48,276 bases of DNA from Toensbergia leucococca (lineage: Eukaryota), in NCBI GenBank assembly GCA_022813965.1, contig JALDZS010000005.1, positions 248,001 to 296,276 on the forward strand. The letters are read 5' to 3'. The notes under the pieces were generated by a model. It was given only the letters and a program-made list of their open reading frames with translations. It was not told where the DNA came from and searched no databases. This document shows, piece after piece, positions 34,726-47,229 of this stretch. Positions within the stretch are counted from its first letter, which is position 1, and each line of letters starts with the position of its first letter. The position numbers and the translations under genes were made by a program.

Positions 34726-37482
34726 CTAGTGCCAAGTCCGAGTGATCCTACCTACAAACCCATCCAAGCCAATAATACTATTACCATTGTTCCCATGCTC
34801 CAAATGCCCTGAGGCACCAGACCCACCTCCTGGCATAATTAAAACTTGTGTGCCGAGCTCAACCCATTCTGGCCATGTCACGAATTGGAAAGACGCTTCG
34901 GCGACGTCTGCTCCGCTCGGATTCCCAGAAAAATCAACTCCTCCGTCATCACTGTCGTTATTATCGAATTCGAGCACTTCTTCCATAGCCCCATGTTCCC
35001 TGTTGCTTTCGCTCTTAGACATCTTTGCATCAGTGATTCGTGCAGATGCTCGAATGCTTGCGATATAAACGATGACCAGGCTTCCCGACAATATAGTAAA
35101 GATTTCGTCCCTTCGAAAGAGTGCAGCAAAACCGCTATGCGACAATGATCGGCAATCATTGATGCCCTCAGGAGGATTTATTATTACCATTCCTTTCCGC
35201 AACCTGTCATCCATACTTGGAGAGAGGCCGTTAGTCATGTTATTTTGCACAGTAGACGTAATAGCAATAGTGCCGACTTGGCCAGCAAAAAGCTTTCGCA
35301 CAGGAAGTCGTAGATTCCTGATACTAATGATTTGCACTCGTTGCCATTTTGATGCAAAGCGTGAGACTGAATCGCTCGTGTGAGGAGCAGAACCAAAGAC
35401 ATTACTGGAAGATGATCGCTCAGCGTCTTGGGCAAAAGCTTTGCCTTTCGAGCTTCGTTTCAAGGACCCCGGGAAAGAAGTCGATTGATGATTGTCTATA
35501 TGCTCGGGATCATCAAGTCCTTCATCAAGCGCAACTGGTCCGATGAGCAATGTATCTCCGACTGCCAACGTCCCGTAACGCAAATGGCCGCTTAGAATTG
35601 ACCCTGGTACGGTTGTGCTATTGCCTGGACTTGAAAGCGCTTGAGCATCGGAGGTTGTAAATACTTCATCAATGTGGAAGAGTATCCTCGGCGTATCACT
35701 GTTAATCTGAGAATCATGACCTTGGCTCATCCTTCTTTCATCCGGTGGCGGTATGGGAAGATGACGAAATAGAGCATGTACGCTACTAATGCCGCCTCCA
35801 GTCACAGCACTAGTAAAGAGGATAGGAACAAGCAAACCGGCGCCACTGCCTGGACGCGAAGCAAGCACTCTTCTCACCTCATCCGCCTCTCTAGAAAACG
35901 AGCGCAGCTGGGGATCTTGAGTTTTACCCATTGTCGAGGGCAGAATGACAGGATGGCGACCTGCTGATTTCAGGGTCGATAGGACCTTAGCAAGCGTTTT
36001 TCTTAAGCCAAATCTAGACGCAAGATCAAATTTTGTAATGACGACGACCAGGGAAAGCCCGAGCTTCAGACACAGTCTTAGGTGAGCTGTTGATAGATCC
36101 ATCCCAGCACCAGCTGAACCAAGTACCTCCTGGGCAGACGCTGTTGCACCTATCTTTCCGATTGCGTCAGCATCATCTGCCGCCACACAACAAAGAGTCC
36201 AATGAGGTGCCCATGAGACAAGACCACGGACTGCGGTGCGCCGGTATCTTGGATGCCCGGCAGAATCGATAAGAAAAACCAAACGACCCGCCTCTGCGGT
36301 GCTGTGAATGTCATTCCAAGTCGAAACATTGCCAGAAGCGTAGTTGATAACATCGGTCGACGAAATCCCGCGTTCACTGTCCACAGGTGGGTCTCGGTAG
36401 CCGATTAACGCGGGGGCTACAGAGCTGGTAACACCTGTCGCAATCTCGTGCCGATGTTTCAGAAGACTGAGTCTACTCTTACCTCGCCCGTTGTCAAGAG
36501 TCGAGGTCGACAATGTTCCTAGCAAAGACGATTTGCCGGACGTGGTGCTCCCTGTCACAGTCACACGAAGTTGCTTCGTCCGAGACCCCTCTTCTTCAAT
36601 ATGTTCATCACACCGGTGCGGCTGAGCTACTGAAGGAGGGGCAGTATTATTGTTTCTAGAAGATGCTTTCGAAGTTGAGTTGTGATACTCTAGATCAGGA
36701 ACAACAAAGGCCTCTGCAACCCACAAATTCTCGGCATGTATTTTTGGTGCAACTTTGTCTTTGGGCTGAGAATCTTCGATCCACTTGCAGTCTCCAACAA
36801 CGACCATGCGGTGCACCTCGACTTTACAGCCAAGGCTAGCGGCCATCACGCGCAAATTCGCCAAGCTTTCTTCTAATTCATCCTTAATAAGTCCTACTAG
36901 CGTTCCATCGTCAGAAACACCAATCTCGTACAGCGCCCCTCGGCTGTCCTCAATACCTGGGAGCGGTTTACCAGGACGACTCAGGGCCGTGAATTCTACG
37001 GGCATATCCGGCAACACAGGTTGGATTAAATCAGCGGTGGAAGAAGAGTGATACGGAGAGGACTGTTGAAGGCGCCAAAGTAATTGGGTGGTTAAATGCT
37101 GCAAGCGGTTCTGCCGTACTTGACTAGTTGGCGTCGGGAGTGGTGACGATCTTACTGCCTTCGGCTCCGAGCCAGATTCTGGACGTGGTGCGCGTAATTT
37201 GGACTGATATGAACCAGAGACACGGTAGACAGTCGACGAAGCAGAGAAAGAACGCCGTGGCCTGAGTAATAGGTGTAGCTTGTACTCTGTGGGTCCTTCC
37301 TGTGGCTCGGCCTCCAGTTTTGTGATCCCGCAGTCATTCAGCATTGCGGCAGGGGCGACTTCTCCACCAGCAAGAGCATGTCTTCTGGCAGGCGAAATGA
37401 CTCCTGGTGTAGAGCTGGGCGAGACATGCCATGGCGAAGCCACACGGGGGGGGTCTGGGTCATACGTAAATATTGAAGCCAT
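34726..37482 (-). CDS. GTPBP1/GTPBP2-like translational GTPase (single exon, 918 aa)
   Basis: N-terminal EGPTEYKL...LTTQLLWRL...ALYEIGVSDDG; G1 GSTTSGKSS, LDNGRGKSRL, HRHEIATGVTSS, G3 DSAGH, G4 TKFD, SAVTG. Confidence 0.9.
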   Translation of the reverse strand: MASIFTYDPDPPRVASPWHVSPSSTPGVISPARRHALAGGEVAPAAMLNDCGITKLEAEPQEGPTEYKLHLLLRPRRSFSASSTVYRVSGSYQSKLRAPRPESGSEPKAVRSSPLPTPTSQVRQNRLQHLTTQLLWRLQQSSPYHSSSTADLIQPVLPDMPVEFTALSRPGKPLPGIEDSRGALYEIGVSDDGTLVGLIKDELEESLANLRVMAASLGCKVEVHRMVVVGDCKWIEDSQPKDKVAPKIHAENLWVAEAFVVPDLEYHNSTSKASSRNNNTAPPSVAQPHRCDEHIEEEGSRTKQLRVTVTGSTTSGKSSLLGTLSTSTLDNGRGKSRLSLLKHRHEIATGVTSSVAPALIGYRDPPVDSERGISSTDVINYASGNVSTWNDIHSTAEAGRLVFLIDSAGHPRYRRTAVRGLVSWAPHWTLCCVAADDADAIGKIGATASAQEVLGSAGAGMDLSTAHLRLCLKLGLSLVVVITKFDLASRFGLRKTLAKVLSTLKSAGRHPVILPSTMGKTQDPQLRSFSREADEVRRVLASRPGSGAGLLVPILFTSAVTGGGISSVHALFRHLPIPPPDERRMSQGHDSQINSDTPRILFHIDEVFTTSDAQALSSPGNSTTVPGSILSGHLRYGTLAVGDTLLIGPVALDEGLDDPEHIDNHQSTSFPGSLKRSSKGKAFAQDAERSSSSNVFGSAPHTSDSVSRFASKWQRVQIISIRNLRLPVRKLFAGQVGTIAITSTVQNNMTNGLSPSMDDRLRKGMVIINPPEGINDCRSLSHSGFAALFRRDEIFTILSGSLVIVYIASIRASARITDAKMSKSESNREHGAMEEVLEFDNNDSDDGGVDFSGNPSGADVAEASFQFVTWPEWVELGTQVLIMPGGGSGASGHLEHGNNGNSIIGLDGFVGRITRTWH

Positions 37483-38337
37483 CTTTCTTATGTATTTTAC
37501 CGCCGATGTGATATAGAAGCGCTATGTCGCCGTGAAAGTGATTTGCAGTGTAGGGCCGCTAAAGATCTTGTATTGGTATGAGTCTGATGGATCTGAAATA
37601 GGTGGGATAATGAGGGAAGCATCTTGACGGTATTTGTGTTCCAGTTATGTTCTTTGTCAAGGTATCGTTGCTAGGTCTAGGAAAGCAGGAGTATAGAAGG
37701 CATCTTGAAGGTTCTTTGTAGGTTGCACGTTGACTGTATTCTGTAAAAGAGATAAGTGAAATAATTGGGCTGCATCCCGCGGAATAGGTGAGGTTGAATT
37801 AAGACTATGAATCATTGGTTGGACAGAGCAAGACGTAATTCGCCTCTCGTGTTGTCATACTTATTTAACCCCAGCACGGATAAAGCTGTATAAATTTGCA
37901 CAATTTAAAATATGTGGTGATGAATTGCTGTCGTGATTGACAACACAGTCGAGTGACAGTCACCTCATGCCTTGATTTTTATTTCAATTCTCCTGCACCA
38001 CTCTTCCTGGGCAAGAATACCCAGAATCATACACAGTGGAAGAACCACCAGGAAAAGGATTTATTTCTTCAACATTCCGCATTTCTGCAGGATATCATTG
38101 CTTTATCTAACGAGTGGCCCAAAGTGTGTCTGAGAATGCAATGGTTATATACCCAAGTCAAAGTATCTTCTCCCTCTTAGTTTCTGATTCTGTTGTGTTC
38201 ATCGCTATCATCGCTGAAGACCCCGCGGTCCAGCTTTACTATGCTCCAAGAGCGCCATCCAAATGCAATCCTTTCAATGACCTCATCCCCTTTGCTAATG
38301 CATGCTACCTAACCAACTAAAGAGGTTGAATATCATA

Positions 38338-39840
38338 TCAATCATCAGAACTCCTTAACGGCTTGCATTTTTCATGCGCCTGAAATACAATTGAGTTATG
38401 GATACAAGCGAATGTACTGAGGGGACTTACCATGTGTCCGTTCCGTGCTGTTGTCCTGGTAAACTCGGCTCCACAGCGTGGACAATATGATTTAGTTGCC
38501 GAGCCAGATTTTTCTCGCTGATGTCTAAGAAGGTTGCTAAATGTGGAGAATTGCCTCCCATTACATCCGTGATCGAAACATCGAGGCTTCGGCCGTGATC
38601 CAACCACTCTGACTTGATCATCCATGTTTGGTGAAACCGACGCCGCGCTGGAGCCGCTTGTACTCTGGAATGCTTGAGGAGAAACCATATCGGGTAATGA
38701 TGAGATCGGAGGTGGCTGAGACCTAAAACTTATATGAGCAATGTGGACTCACGAAGTGCTGAGTTTGGCCATACGAAGCATATAACGATTGAGTGCTCGC
38801 ACTACTTATGCCATACGCGGGCTGATATGCATTGATGGCGTACGGTACAGGCGATCTGCTAAGAATTAGATAATGTGCACAACAAACCGAGCAGAGGGAT
38901 GATTCTACCCTGACAAGCTACCTCCTAGATATCGGTCTTGTGATGAACCAGGTGTCTGTCGAGTGTACGGAGAGGCATCGATAGGGGCACTCGCATATGA
39001 GGAGCTGGCGGACGAGGAAGTGGACGGAGCTACAGCAAAGTCAGCCAAGCAATCTAAGTCGAGCGGGCTACAACTTGCGACTGAGATGACCAGTAGCTTT
39101 GTCCTTTGTCCATAGACGTGGAACTAACGGTGCAGTTCCTACGAACCTAGCCGCCGCTACGAGGTAATCTCGTGCGCTCGATTGCTATGCCCGCTGGAGG
39201 TTATAGACATACTTCGACGCTGTAGTGCCTCGGAAGAAGAATACATATAATCTGGATTTGAAAATCAGTGTTCGGAGTTCGTAGGGATACTGCAGAGCAT
39301 ACCTTGTACGGGACCGTATCTTGAGTTGTTGAAGGAATTCGGATCGCTGAAATTATTCAGGAGAGGAGGTTGGATATAACCGAAGGTACTTCACGGACTC
39401 GTCAATCCTGCGACCAAATACACTTCTGTATGGTTTCCATACCTCATGTTTGCTCTTGTGAATGCGTTTGTTGTCGGAGGAGCGTGTTTGACACTATTGC
39501 TTATTGGCGAAGGGCGAGGCTCAACCACCTGGAGGTTCGTTCCCGAGGCTCCGAAAGTAGACGACGGCTGTTGAGAAGACTCGAAGGCTTCAAAGGTTGC
39601 GGGCGAACAAGTGAGATTGTAGCGGAGTTGCGAGTAGCTTGGTTCCTGCCCAATGCACGGATCTCGGGGATGAGGTTGACCCGAATATGGGTATTCTGGC
39701 GGTATAGAAAGGTGTTGGTCCGGGACGTTCTCGTTGAGCCGTAGACCTTGGAGGCTAGCTTCAGTAATCGCGAGGTTTCTGTTTCTTAGAGGTCTGTCAC
39801 CGCGTGAGTGAACTGAGGAATATGCAGACAAAAAGGACAT
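38338..39840 (-). CDS. C-terminal zinc-finger (C2H2-like) protein, probable transcription factor; many short exons
   Basis: [29 protein letters not shown]...[24 protein letters not shown] at the 3' end; several GTATG/GTGAG donors and CTRAY branch sites in 38700-39450 link it to a Ser/Pro-rich first exon (ATG 39840). Middle exon boundaries are uncertain. Confidence 0.78.
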
Positions 39841-41867
39841 TGAAACGGGAGGAACAAATGAAACGGTGGTACAAACAGAAAATTTAAGTGTTTTGCGAAC
39901 TCCTGCTATGTTCTTCAACAGGTTACTCTTTATAGATGTTTTGGTGAAGGTCGTTAATATCGGATGAACGAGTATTCAGAATGAGATATATTTGCGCAGC
40001 GAACTCTGCCACGGGAGGAAGTCATTCAAATATGTGAAGGAATACCCTGCCCGAGGCTCATTGGTCAGCCCTCTTCTACTTGGCATAATCCCGGAGGATC
40101 GGGATCCCTGAAAGTAACCCTTGTCGGTCGATTGGCCGAAGTGTGGTATCGAACGTCTGCTTCAGGCCAAGTGGAGGGAGAAAAGGCGGCCGCGCCAGGC
40201 CTTGGTACAGTAGCAATGACACCCTCCAGACTTCGAGTTGTAATCGTAGCACTTCCTTTTTCGCCGCGTGCAAATGGCTTTGATTTCGGCGATTGAAGAG
40301 GCATTGGGCGAATTGATGATCGAGATTCAACGGCTTCCAAGTGCATGGACCACAGCCCCCCGTGCAAAAGCTTACTTACAATGGTGCCGTTCTCTAATCA
40401 CAGCCCTGTGTGAAGATAGCAAAAGGCGCCAGTAGACGACAAGCTCGGACGTCGGTGCTTACTGCTTGCGAAATTGCGGCTGAAAAGAGGTACCTTGTTG
40501 ATACTGTCCTTACCCGCAAACATCGTAGCCGGGCTGGTGAAACAATGGCGAGTGTTTGCTTAGGAATCCTTCGTATTGTGCTGATTGGAAATAACCTCAA
40601 AGATCCGCCCGCGCAACTCGGGCCCTAGGGCTGAATGTCATGCGGAGACACGTGGGAAAATGGGAAAATGGGAGATTCGCGGCCTCTGGTGATCAGTCAT
40701 CCTACTCGTCGGCTCTCGGAACCCTAAATGCAACAATGATGCGATGCGGGAAATGGTTGAGCTGATGTCGATCATCTTGTGATCTCGGCTGCGGCGGTCA
40801 AGACTTGGGCCTAATTGTAAGGTAAGTACCTTAAGTAGGCCAGGTAGATTACGAGAAATGTGTGGCTTCGTACGCCGCACCCACTGCAGTGGAACTGTGG
40901 TCAGAGAGTCGGGCTAGCTGGATCGATCGACGAGGTAAAGTAAGGTAGGTAAGGTAGGTAAAATATTTGGCGGGTACAGAACCTCGAGGTTAATAATAAC
41001 TTGCACCTCGAGTGAGTCAAGTCCAGAATGCCGTTCCACGAGACGTAATCCGTGGGGGCCCTGTTACATGCTGACAATTCACGCAAAGTAGATACGGAAT
41101 ATTACCGAGGTCTCTGGAAGTGCAAACAAGGGAAGCAGAGCAACCCCACAGCCAACACGAACTGCTTTGATTGCGACTGGTTACTGGATGGCCTGAAAGT
41201 TGGACATAGAATAAAGCTCAAGTAGTCGAGCAAGCGTCTGAAACGTCTCTGTAACCCAACTGTCCCAACGCCACGACATGTGTTCCAGAAAGTCTACTCT
41301 TGGTACAGACCCTGTGGAGGTACATCCAAGTATTCATCGTTGTCCATTCCGAGCTACGTCGTTGTCGATCCCGTGGTATGCGAGGTGGGTACCCACACTC
41401 CACGCAGTACCTTAGCGGTAGTGGGGTGTAGCGTGTTCGGCCTGCACGGAGACCTCTACATAAGTGTATCCGAGTATCCCTGAAGCCTGTTAGGCATCCA
41501 CCGTCTAGAGCAAAGTCACTAGTTCTGTCATTGATTTGTGAAGCTTCCAATTTTGTGGCTGATGATCTCAGGTCGTGATTCGACTCTGGACTCTCCCCCA
41601 CGTCACCTTGGTACATCAACGTGACATGACTGTAAGTACGGACGTGACATCCACGCCACGGCACGCAATTCACCCTTCACATTTCACACTTCGTACATGA
41701 AATCTAGTGCATCCGTTATCGACCGCACCATCCCGGAAAACCCTGCACGTTTCACGGTACCAACTAATCCTTTCAGGTACAAGCAACTTGGCTCTTTATC
41801 TCCTGCCTGCACACCGCTACCTTTTTACATAGGTACCTTTGTGGTCAACTATTCCCCACACTCGAAG

Positions 41868-41893
41868 CCACAGCTTGATTCCACAGCTTGATT
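41868..41893. repeat. 13-bp direct tandem duplication
   Basis: CCACAGCTTGATT x2. Confidence 0.85.
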
Positions 41894-43005
41894 TTGGTGA
41901 TTGGGAGTCGGAAGATGCGGAGCCCTTCTGCCCGGCTTATTCTATTCTATAACTCACAGGGCTGAAGATGTGCTTTGCCATAACGATCGAACGGCCAACA
42001 GCGGCGATAACGAAGCCCGACTACAGGGTCAAGAGGAAAGGGTAAAAATAGATCGCAAGATCGGCCTCTTTTGGAATAGCGGCCTCATCTGCCTTGCTGT
42101 AAGCTGTCCTGGTTGAAGCCTTGACCGATACTGCAAAGGAAAACACTTAAACTCAAAACTAAAATTACTCTGGTCCAAAGCCTCAGAAACTAGTGCCGTC
42201 ATTACCATTGCTCTGCAACCGTGACAAGAGCGCAAAATCTCAATACTCAGCGAAACGCAAGCATGTCTCGTATAAGGCATCCACAACGTAAATGAGCTTC
42301 CACGATGACGATGATGACAGCACGTTCCGCGACAAAATGATTGTTAACTTTCATACATGACAACCTGCTCACTATGGTTCCCCCGGGCTCCCTAGTTGCT
42401 TCTGTTCATTTGCTGCTGCGTACCTCAATCAATGATTGTCGCCAGAACCGCTTTAGAGGCGGTGTGATGAGCCCCCCTCGGCACCCACAATGGCGGTCAA
42501 CCTTCAAAGTTGACGGGAAAATATTTGCGACTACTTTATGTATGATGCATTATTAAGCCAGTGAGAGCCAATTTCAAGGGAGCGGGTGACTTTTCTCGGA
42601 CGAAAGATCTCTGGTGCTTTCCTAGGTCCATTTAGGCCACAGCGGCCCTCTAAGACTTCAAAGCTGACCATGTAGTAGGAAAAGTGTGAGACATCAGACA
42701 ATCATGTTGGCGCCTTAACCCTTGTCAAAGCTGATTACTAACTTGCCCTGATGACAGAGTCTGGATCTCGGTACTCAATAAGATGGGTACGTCACTTGTT
42801 TGACAGCAAGCCACCGAATTTGTCAGAATCTACTTTCTAATCATGAGCAATAAGGAAAACACTTCGTACAAGCAGCAGCACTGAATGCCTTCCATCTCTC
42901 CCGGCGCTCCGATCATCCCACACTTTTTAACGATTCAGAAGGCTTAGCACAATAATAAAGAGATCAAATCAAATACTTCCCGTGCGGCTGGAAGCACACA
43001 ATCTA

Positions 43006-43044
43006 CTGACTATTTCTAGGCCCTGACTATTTCTAGGCCCTGAC
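43006..43044. repeat. 17-bp direct tandem duplication (2.3 copies)
   Basis: CTGACTATTTCTAGGCC x2 followed by CTGAC. Confidence 0.9.
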
Positions 43045-44109
43045 AATAGGCAGTTGGCTGTAATGAGATGCCGTGGATCGAACTAATGTTGGTGAAGTAT
43101 AGGTAGGTAAAGAGGATGAGCCCCCTTCACCACGTTAGCGTGAGGACGGTTAGAGCGCTTGCTCACCGATGAATTGACTTGCTTCAATCCCGATTCACAT
43201 CCCTGGGCTTGACGCAGTCTCTTCACTTTTGAAATGAGCAAGTCCTAAGGGGCTGAAAGTTTCCCGGGATAAGATTTCTACGCAATCGTAACACCAACCT
43301 CCCACGCACGGAAGCATTGAGCAAGCATTGAAGATAGGCTAGTCACATTGACCGAAGCTCGTCGCCGCGGCCCATTTTCAGAAATCCACCAGGGCGAGTG
43401 AAGACAGGGCAGTATGCCCAAATGAAGCAAAGCGCCGACAATAATTTAACGTATAGACGCAAGACAAATGACTTGTAGAACAGTAGCTTTTCTGGCAGTG
43501 CAATTGAGGGACGTTGAAAGACATGCGAATCCAACTTATGACGGCTACTCACTGACCGTAAACCAAATTCCAAATAGACATAGTTTTAAATTAGAGGTCA
43601 AAGTCCTTCTGGACCAAACTTGGCCTGCCACTTTCAGAAGTGTTTCAGCGCCCACGTCCGAGTTATGCAAGGCAAATGAGGTATCTTGAAGGAAGTGCGT
43701 ATACTAGCCGGCTGTTTGCAATCGCTCAACATAGCAGATGATGTTGATCTTGGGAAATTTTCTGATCAGGAGGTGACACTGTGAAACAGTCAAGAACTAA
43801 AAAGGAGGCGACAACGGGTGAAAGATCATGAAATGGAAGAATATTCAACACGACATCTACTTATGAAGTTATAAACGGGGTACCATAGCTTATGAATTGC
43901 TCAATGCATTATGCGCAATTTTGATTGAGATAGAGACAGTATTTATGCATAGAATTAGTCACCGCGGATGATAGTCCTCTACCCAGTCATTCTGAAAGGT
44001 TCAGAGCCAGTAGTGAGCAGGATAGATAAGGAGACTGAAAGGCCTTCATAGGAAAAATTTAACGTACTGCACGTTCAGGTAGTGATAATGCAGGAAAAGC
44101 ATCGCGACC

Positions 44110-44553
44110 CTGAGGCCATGACTGCTATAGATGGAGACTGCTGAATATTGAGTCTCAAAAGCTGTTCACTGAAGGATATAGAAAGAAATCACACAGTAGA
44201 GCTGTTGGTCATGAAGCACGTTGTAGTCACTTACAAAGGTGTCACTGCTGCTCAATGTTCAGGCAGTACCTTAACATTATCTTGTCATGTTTCATTACAA
44301 AAAGCATAGGTCAATGGTCAAACTCTATCAAAGTTGAATCAAAAAGCATTCAGATGAAAAAGTGTTCATTCATCACATTCTAATTAGAACTCAAGTCATG
44401 TAGGTGAAAACAAGTAATGATTTCAAATGAAAAAGTTCAAGTTGAATCTCAGGTATCATTGAAGAAGAGGGTGTTTATCTCTCTGATGTTAATTATATCT
44501 TGAGTTACACACTAATGCTCTTTTTGCAATGTGAAAGCAGTAAAATCTAAAAA
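44110..44553. other. AT-rich, CpG-depleted patch, possible decayed repeat
   Basis: No CpG seen in 44221-44553 while TG/CA are abundant; flanking DNA has ordinary CpG content. Confidence 0.4.
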
Positions 44554-45018
44554 CGTGTAAACCGAGAAAAAGCCCCGCAGAAGTAGGCATGACACAATAG
44601 GTACGGATAAAGAGGAGGAAAATATTTGAGGTGAGGGTAGAGATGTACTAGAGCCAAAGTAGCCTAGCTCCGATGTAGCCAAAAGGTAAGGTAAGGCTGA
44701 GACCGAGTCACGAGGAACGTCTGATGTCTCCATGATTCATTCATGCCATCATGCCACAGAGTTCCTGCACCACATGCCAGACACGGCACCGGACGCGTTT
44801 GTAGGTATTCGTGTACTGCTGGCCATTACTGTGGGCCTCTGCACCTTCCTGCACCCAATTCTGCGAGAGAGCCCGAGGACCGAGGGGACGCAGAAGTTCG
44901 AAGTAGCAGCGCAAGCTTTATTCGCTGGTCTTATCGAGGTTTGATTTACAACTATCGTTGAGCTTAGAGTCAAAGCGCATCCTAAGAGCAACCAAAGAGC
45001 ACCCTTTTATCACCTTCC

Positions 45019-45516
45019 ATGGCCGACTTCCTCACAAATCTCTTCTCTTCTATCTTTACTCCTGGCCCAACCCCGACCCTCGTTGTTGCTACCAACCTCT
45101 CATTCGCAGCTCTCCAAGCCGTATTGCTCGCCCTTCTCATTGCCACCTACAGTGTACATTTCTTGATCTTATCGTTCCTGAGTGCGGGGCTATGGGGAGC
45201 TATCAATTGGTTCGTCACCGAGCTGCAAGCAGTGGCCACGAAAGAGGAGGAAGCAGCGCGTTCAGATGAGTCTACGATACGCCGGGGCGATATAGGTGCG
45301 GAGGACAGTGGAACCGAGACAGAAGGAACAGAGGCGGAGGGTTCAAGGAATCCCAGTCAATTTCTAGATGCGAAAGATGGTCGCGGGGCTGGTTTGCCGC
45401 TAGAGCATGCTGAAGCGATGCTGCGGAAACGAAGAAGTCTCGGAGACGCTTCTGGAGATATCAGTACCGATAGTGAATGGGATAAGGTCGATGAGGAGGG
45501 TGATATGGATAGGTAA
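45019..45516 (+). CDS. PKR1: ER membrane V-ATPase assembly factor Pkr1
   Basis: FLTNLFSSIFTPGPTPTLVVATNLSFAAL...SVHFLILSFLSAGLWGAINWF: two TM segments and an acidic tail ending STDSEWDKV. Confidence 0.92.
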   Translation: MADFLTNLFSSIFTPGPTPTLVVATNLSFAALQAVLLALLIATYSVHFLILSFLSAGLWGAINWFVTELQAVATKEEEAARSDESTIRRGDIGAEDSGTETEGTEAEGSRNPSQFLDAKDGRGAGLPLEHAEAMLRKRRSLGDASGDISTDSEWDKVDEEGDMDR

Positions 45517-47229
45517 ATTGGAGTAGAACTATTGAGGATGGGAGTTCTTGGTCTCTGCTTGAAATCATTGTTCATCTAGAAATAGACTTAACATATTATG
45601 AGGAGAGCTTTCTGATTTCAGATTCGGAAGCTTCAACATGCTTAATTTCTGAGTATATCTTGTGTACCACGGGTATTTCAAATGATACGAGGTGTTCTAG
45701 ATTTATTTTAATGGCAATATCTGGACTGTCTAGATGGTAGCATTGGAGGAGTGGAGGTATTGACTTTTGGTCTTAAAAGTGGTTGGTTCTACTCTGAGTC
45801 TCTAACGCCTAAATCGTATACCTCCTTCTTTTGCCTTCTGATGGACTGACAAGTGGCTTGCGCTGGTCGAACACTCCACAAGGTTGTATAATGACATTGG
45901 TTGATCGCTGAGTAAGAAAAAGATGAAGAGAAGCAGGATTGTATTGAACGCAATTGTGTATCTGCCAATCATCAACCATTGATTTCTTTCCTTACTCAAA
46001 CCGCAGGTCTCAACATGTTCCCACAATGTCATTCTCCGTCTTAAAAGTCATTACCATGCCTTGCCTTTCCAATCATGTTCGCCAGCAATAAAAAATTGGC
46101 TTTTTCATCACCGGCGCAACAAGACCGGCAAGGCTCCGCCGTCATTCATGAAATCCCTTCTCATGCTTTCTTCTCCCTAGACAACACAGAAAATGACGCT
46201 CTGACTTGGAACCCTTCCCCATCATCTGCAGCACATCTTGCCACTCCATCCCCTACAATCACGCCAATCGTAGGTGACGTTGTCAATAGAGTTCCTGTCT
46301 TCGCCAACGTTCCCGGCTCGCTAGCAAGGCCCTACCTCATACGACCCAATGGTCCTACCGCAGCCGTAGAAGGCAAAGCTTTAATCGGCGCTGCACATCG
46401 TCTACGCCATGATCGACTGCGCGACTGACTCGGCCTTGATGTGGAGCTACGTATCACACTTCGCATCGAAGTATAACATCGAAAAGCAGCTCGAGCTTGA
46501 AATGTGGAACCAAGAAGCACGACTTACTGGGTTATAGTTGTAGAATAGGATAGTCAAAGTCAAAGTGCACAAACAAGTTAGAGTTCGAGAAACAATGAAC
46601 ATGCAAGACTGTTTCTTGGGCATCACTTTGAAAAGTCTGGATGGAGCGTTGATAACCAAAGTAGAGTCCTGAAAGTCCATAAGGACACGTCGAAACAAAA
46701 GTAGCCAGCATAGCTCTCAGAACTAATGCAATAAAATAGCTCGACGATTGAATTGGTGCAGCGATTTCATGAACGACTGCGGTAGTGAAAAAGGATAAGG
46801 TCCAGGAGCAAGAAATGCCTCCATTGACGAAATACTATCTAGATACTAGCCCCTGGCTTAAAGGTGCTTGCATAATGCGTGCATACTGTATTAGTCCTTC
46901 CTGTGATAGAAAGGCGCAAACAGTAGGTGAGTAATATCTAGTACAGAGATGCTGATATTGAGGAGAAAGAATGATATCGTAGTGGCGATTACTGGAATAG
47001 TTTCCACGACATTGCTACTATGTTCGCATTGGTGCTTTTACATGCAAGTCAGGCACAGAGGTTGTGTGTATTATCTACTGATATCACACACCCGGATGAT
47101 GATGATGATGATGAACTCATATTACTGTCTCAGCGACCGTAGGTCGCTATGCAGACTCCTCTAACTACTAGTTACCCTATGCCTAATGAGGTAATCTTAT
47201 CTAAAGAGGTAATTTCACCTCACTGACGT

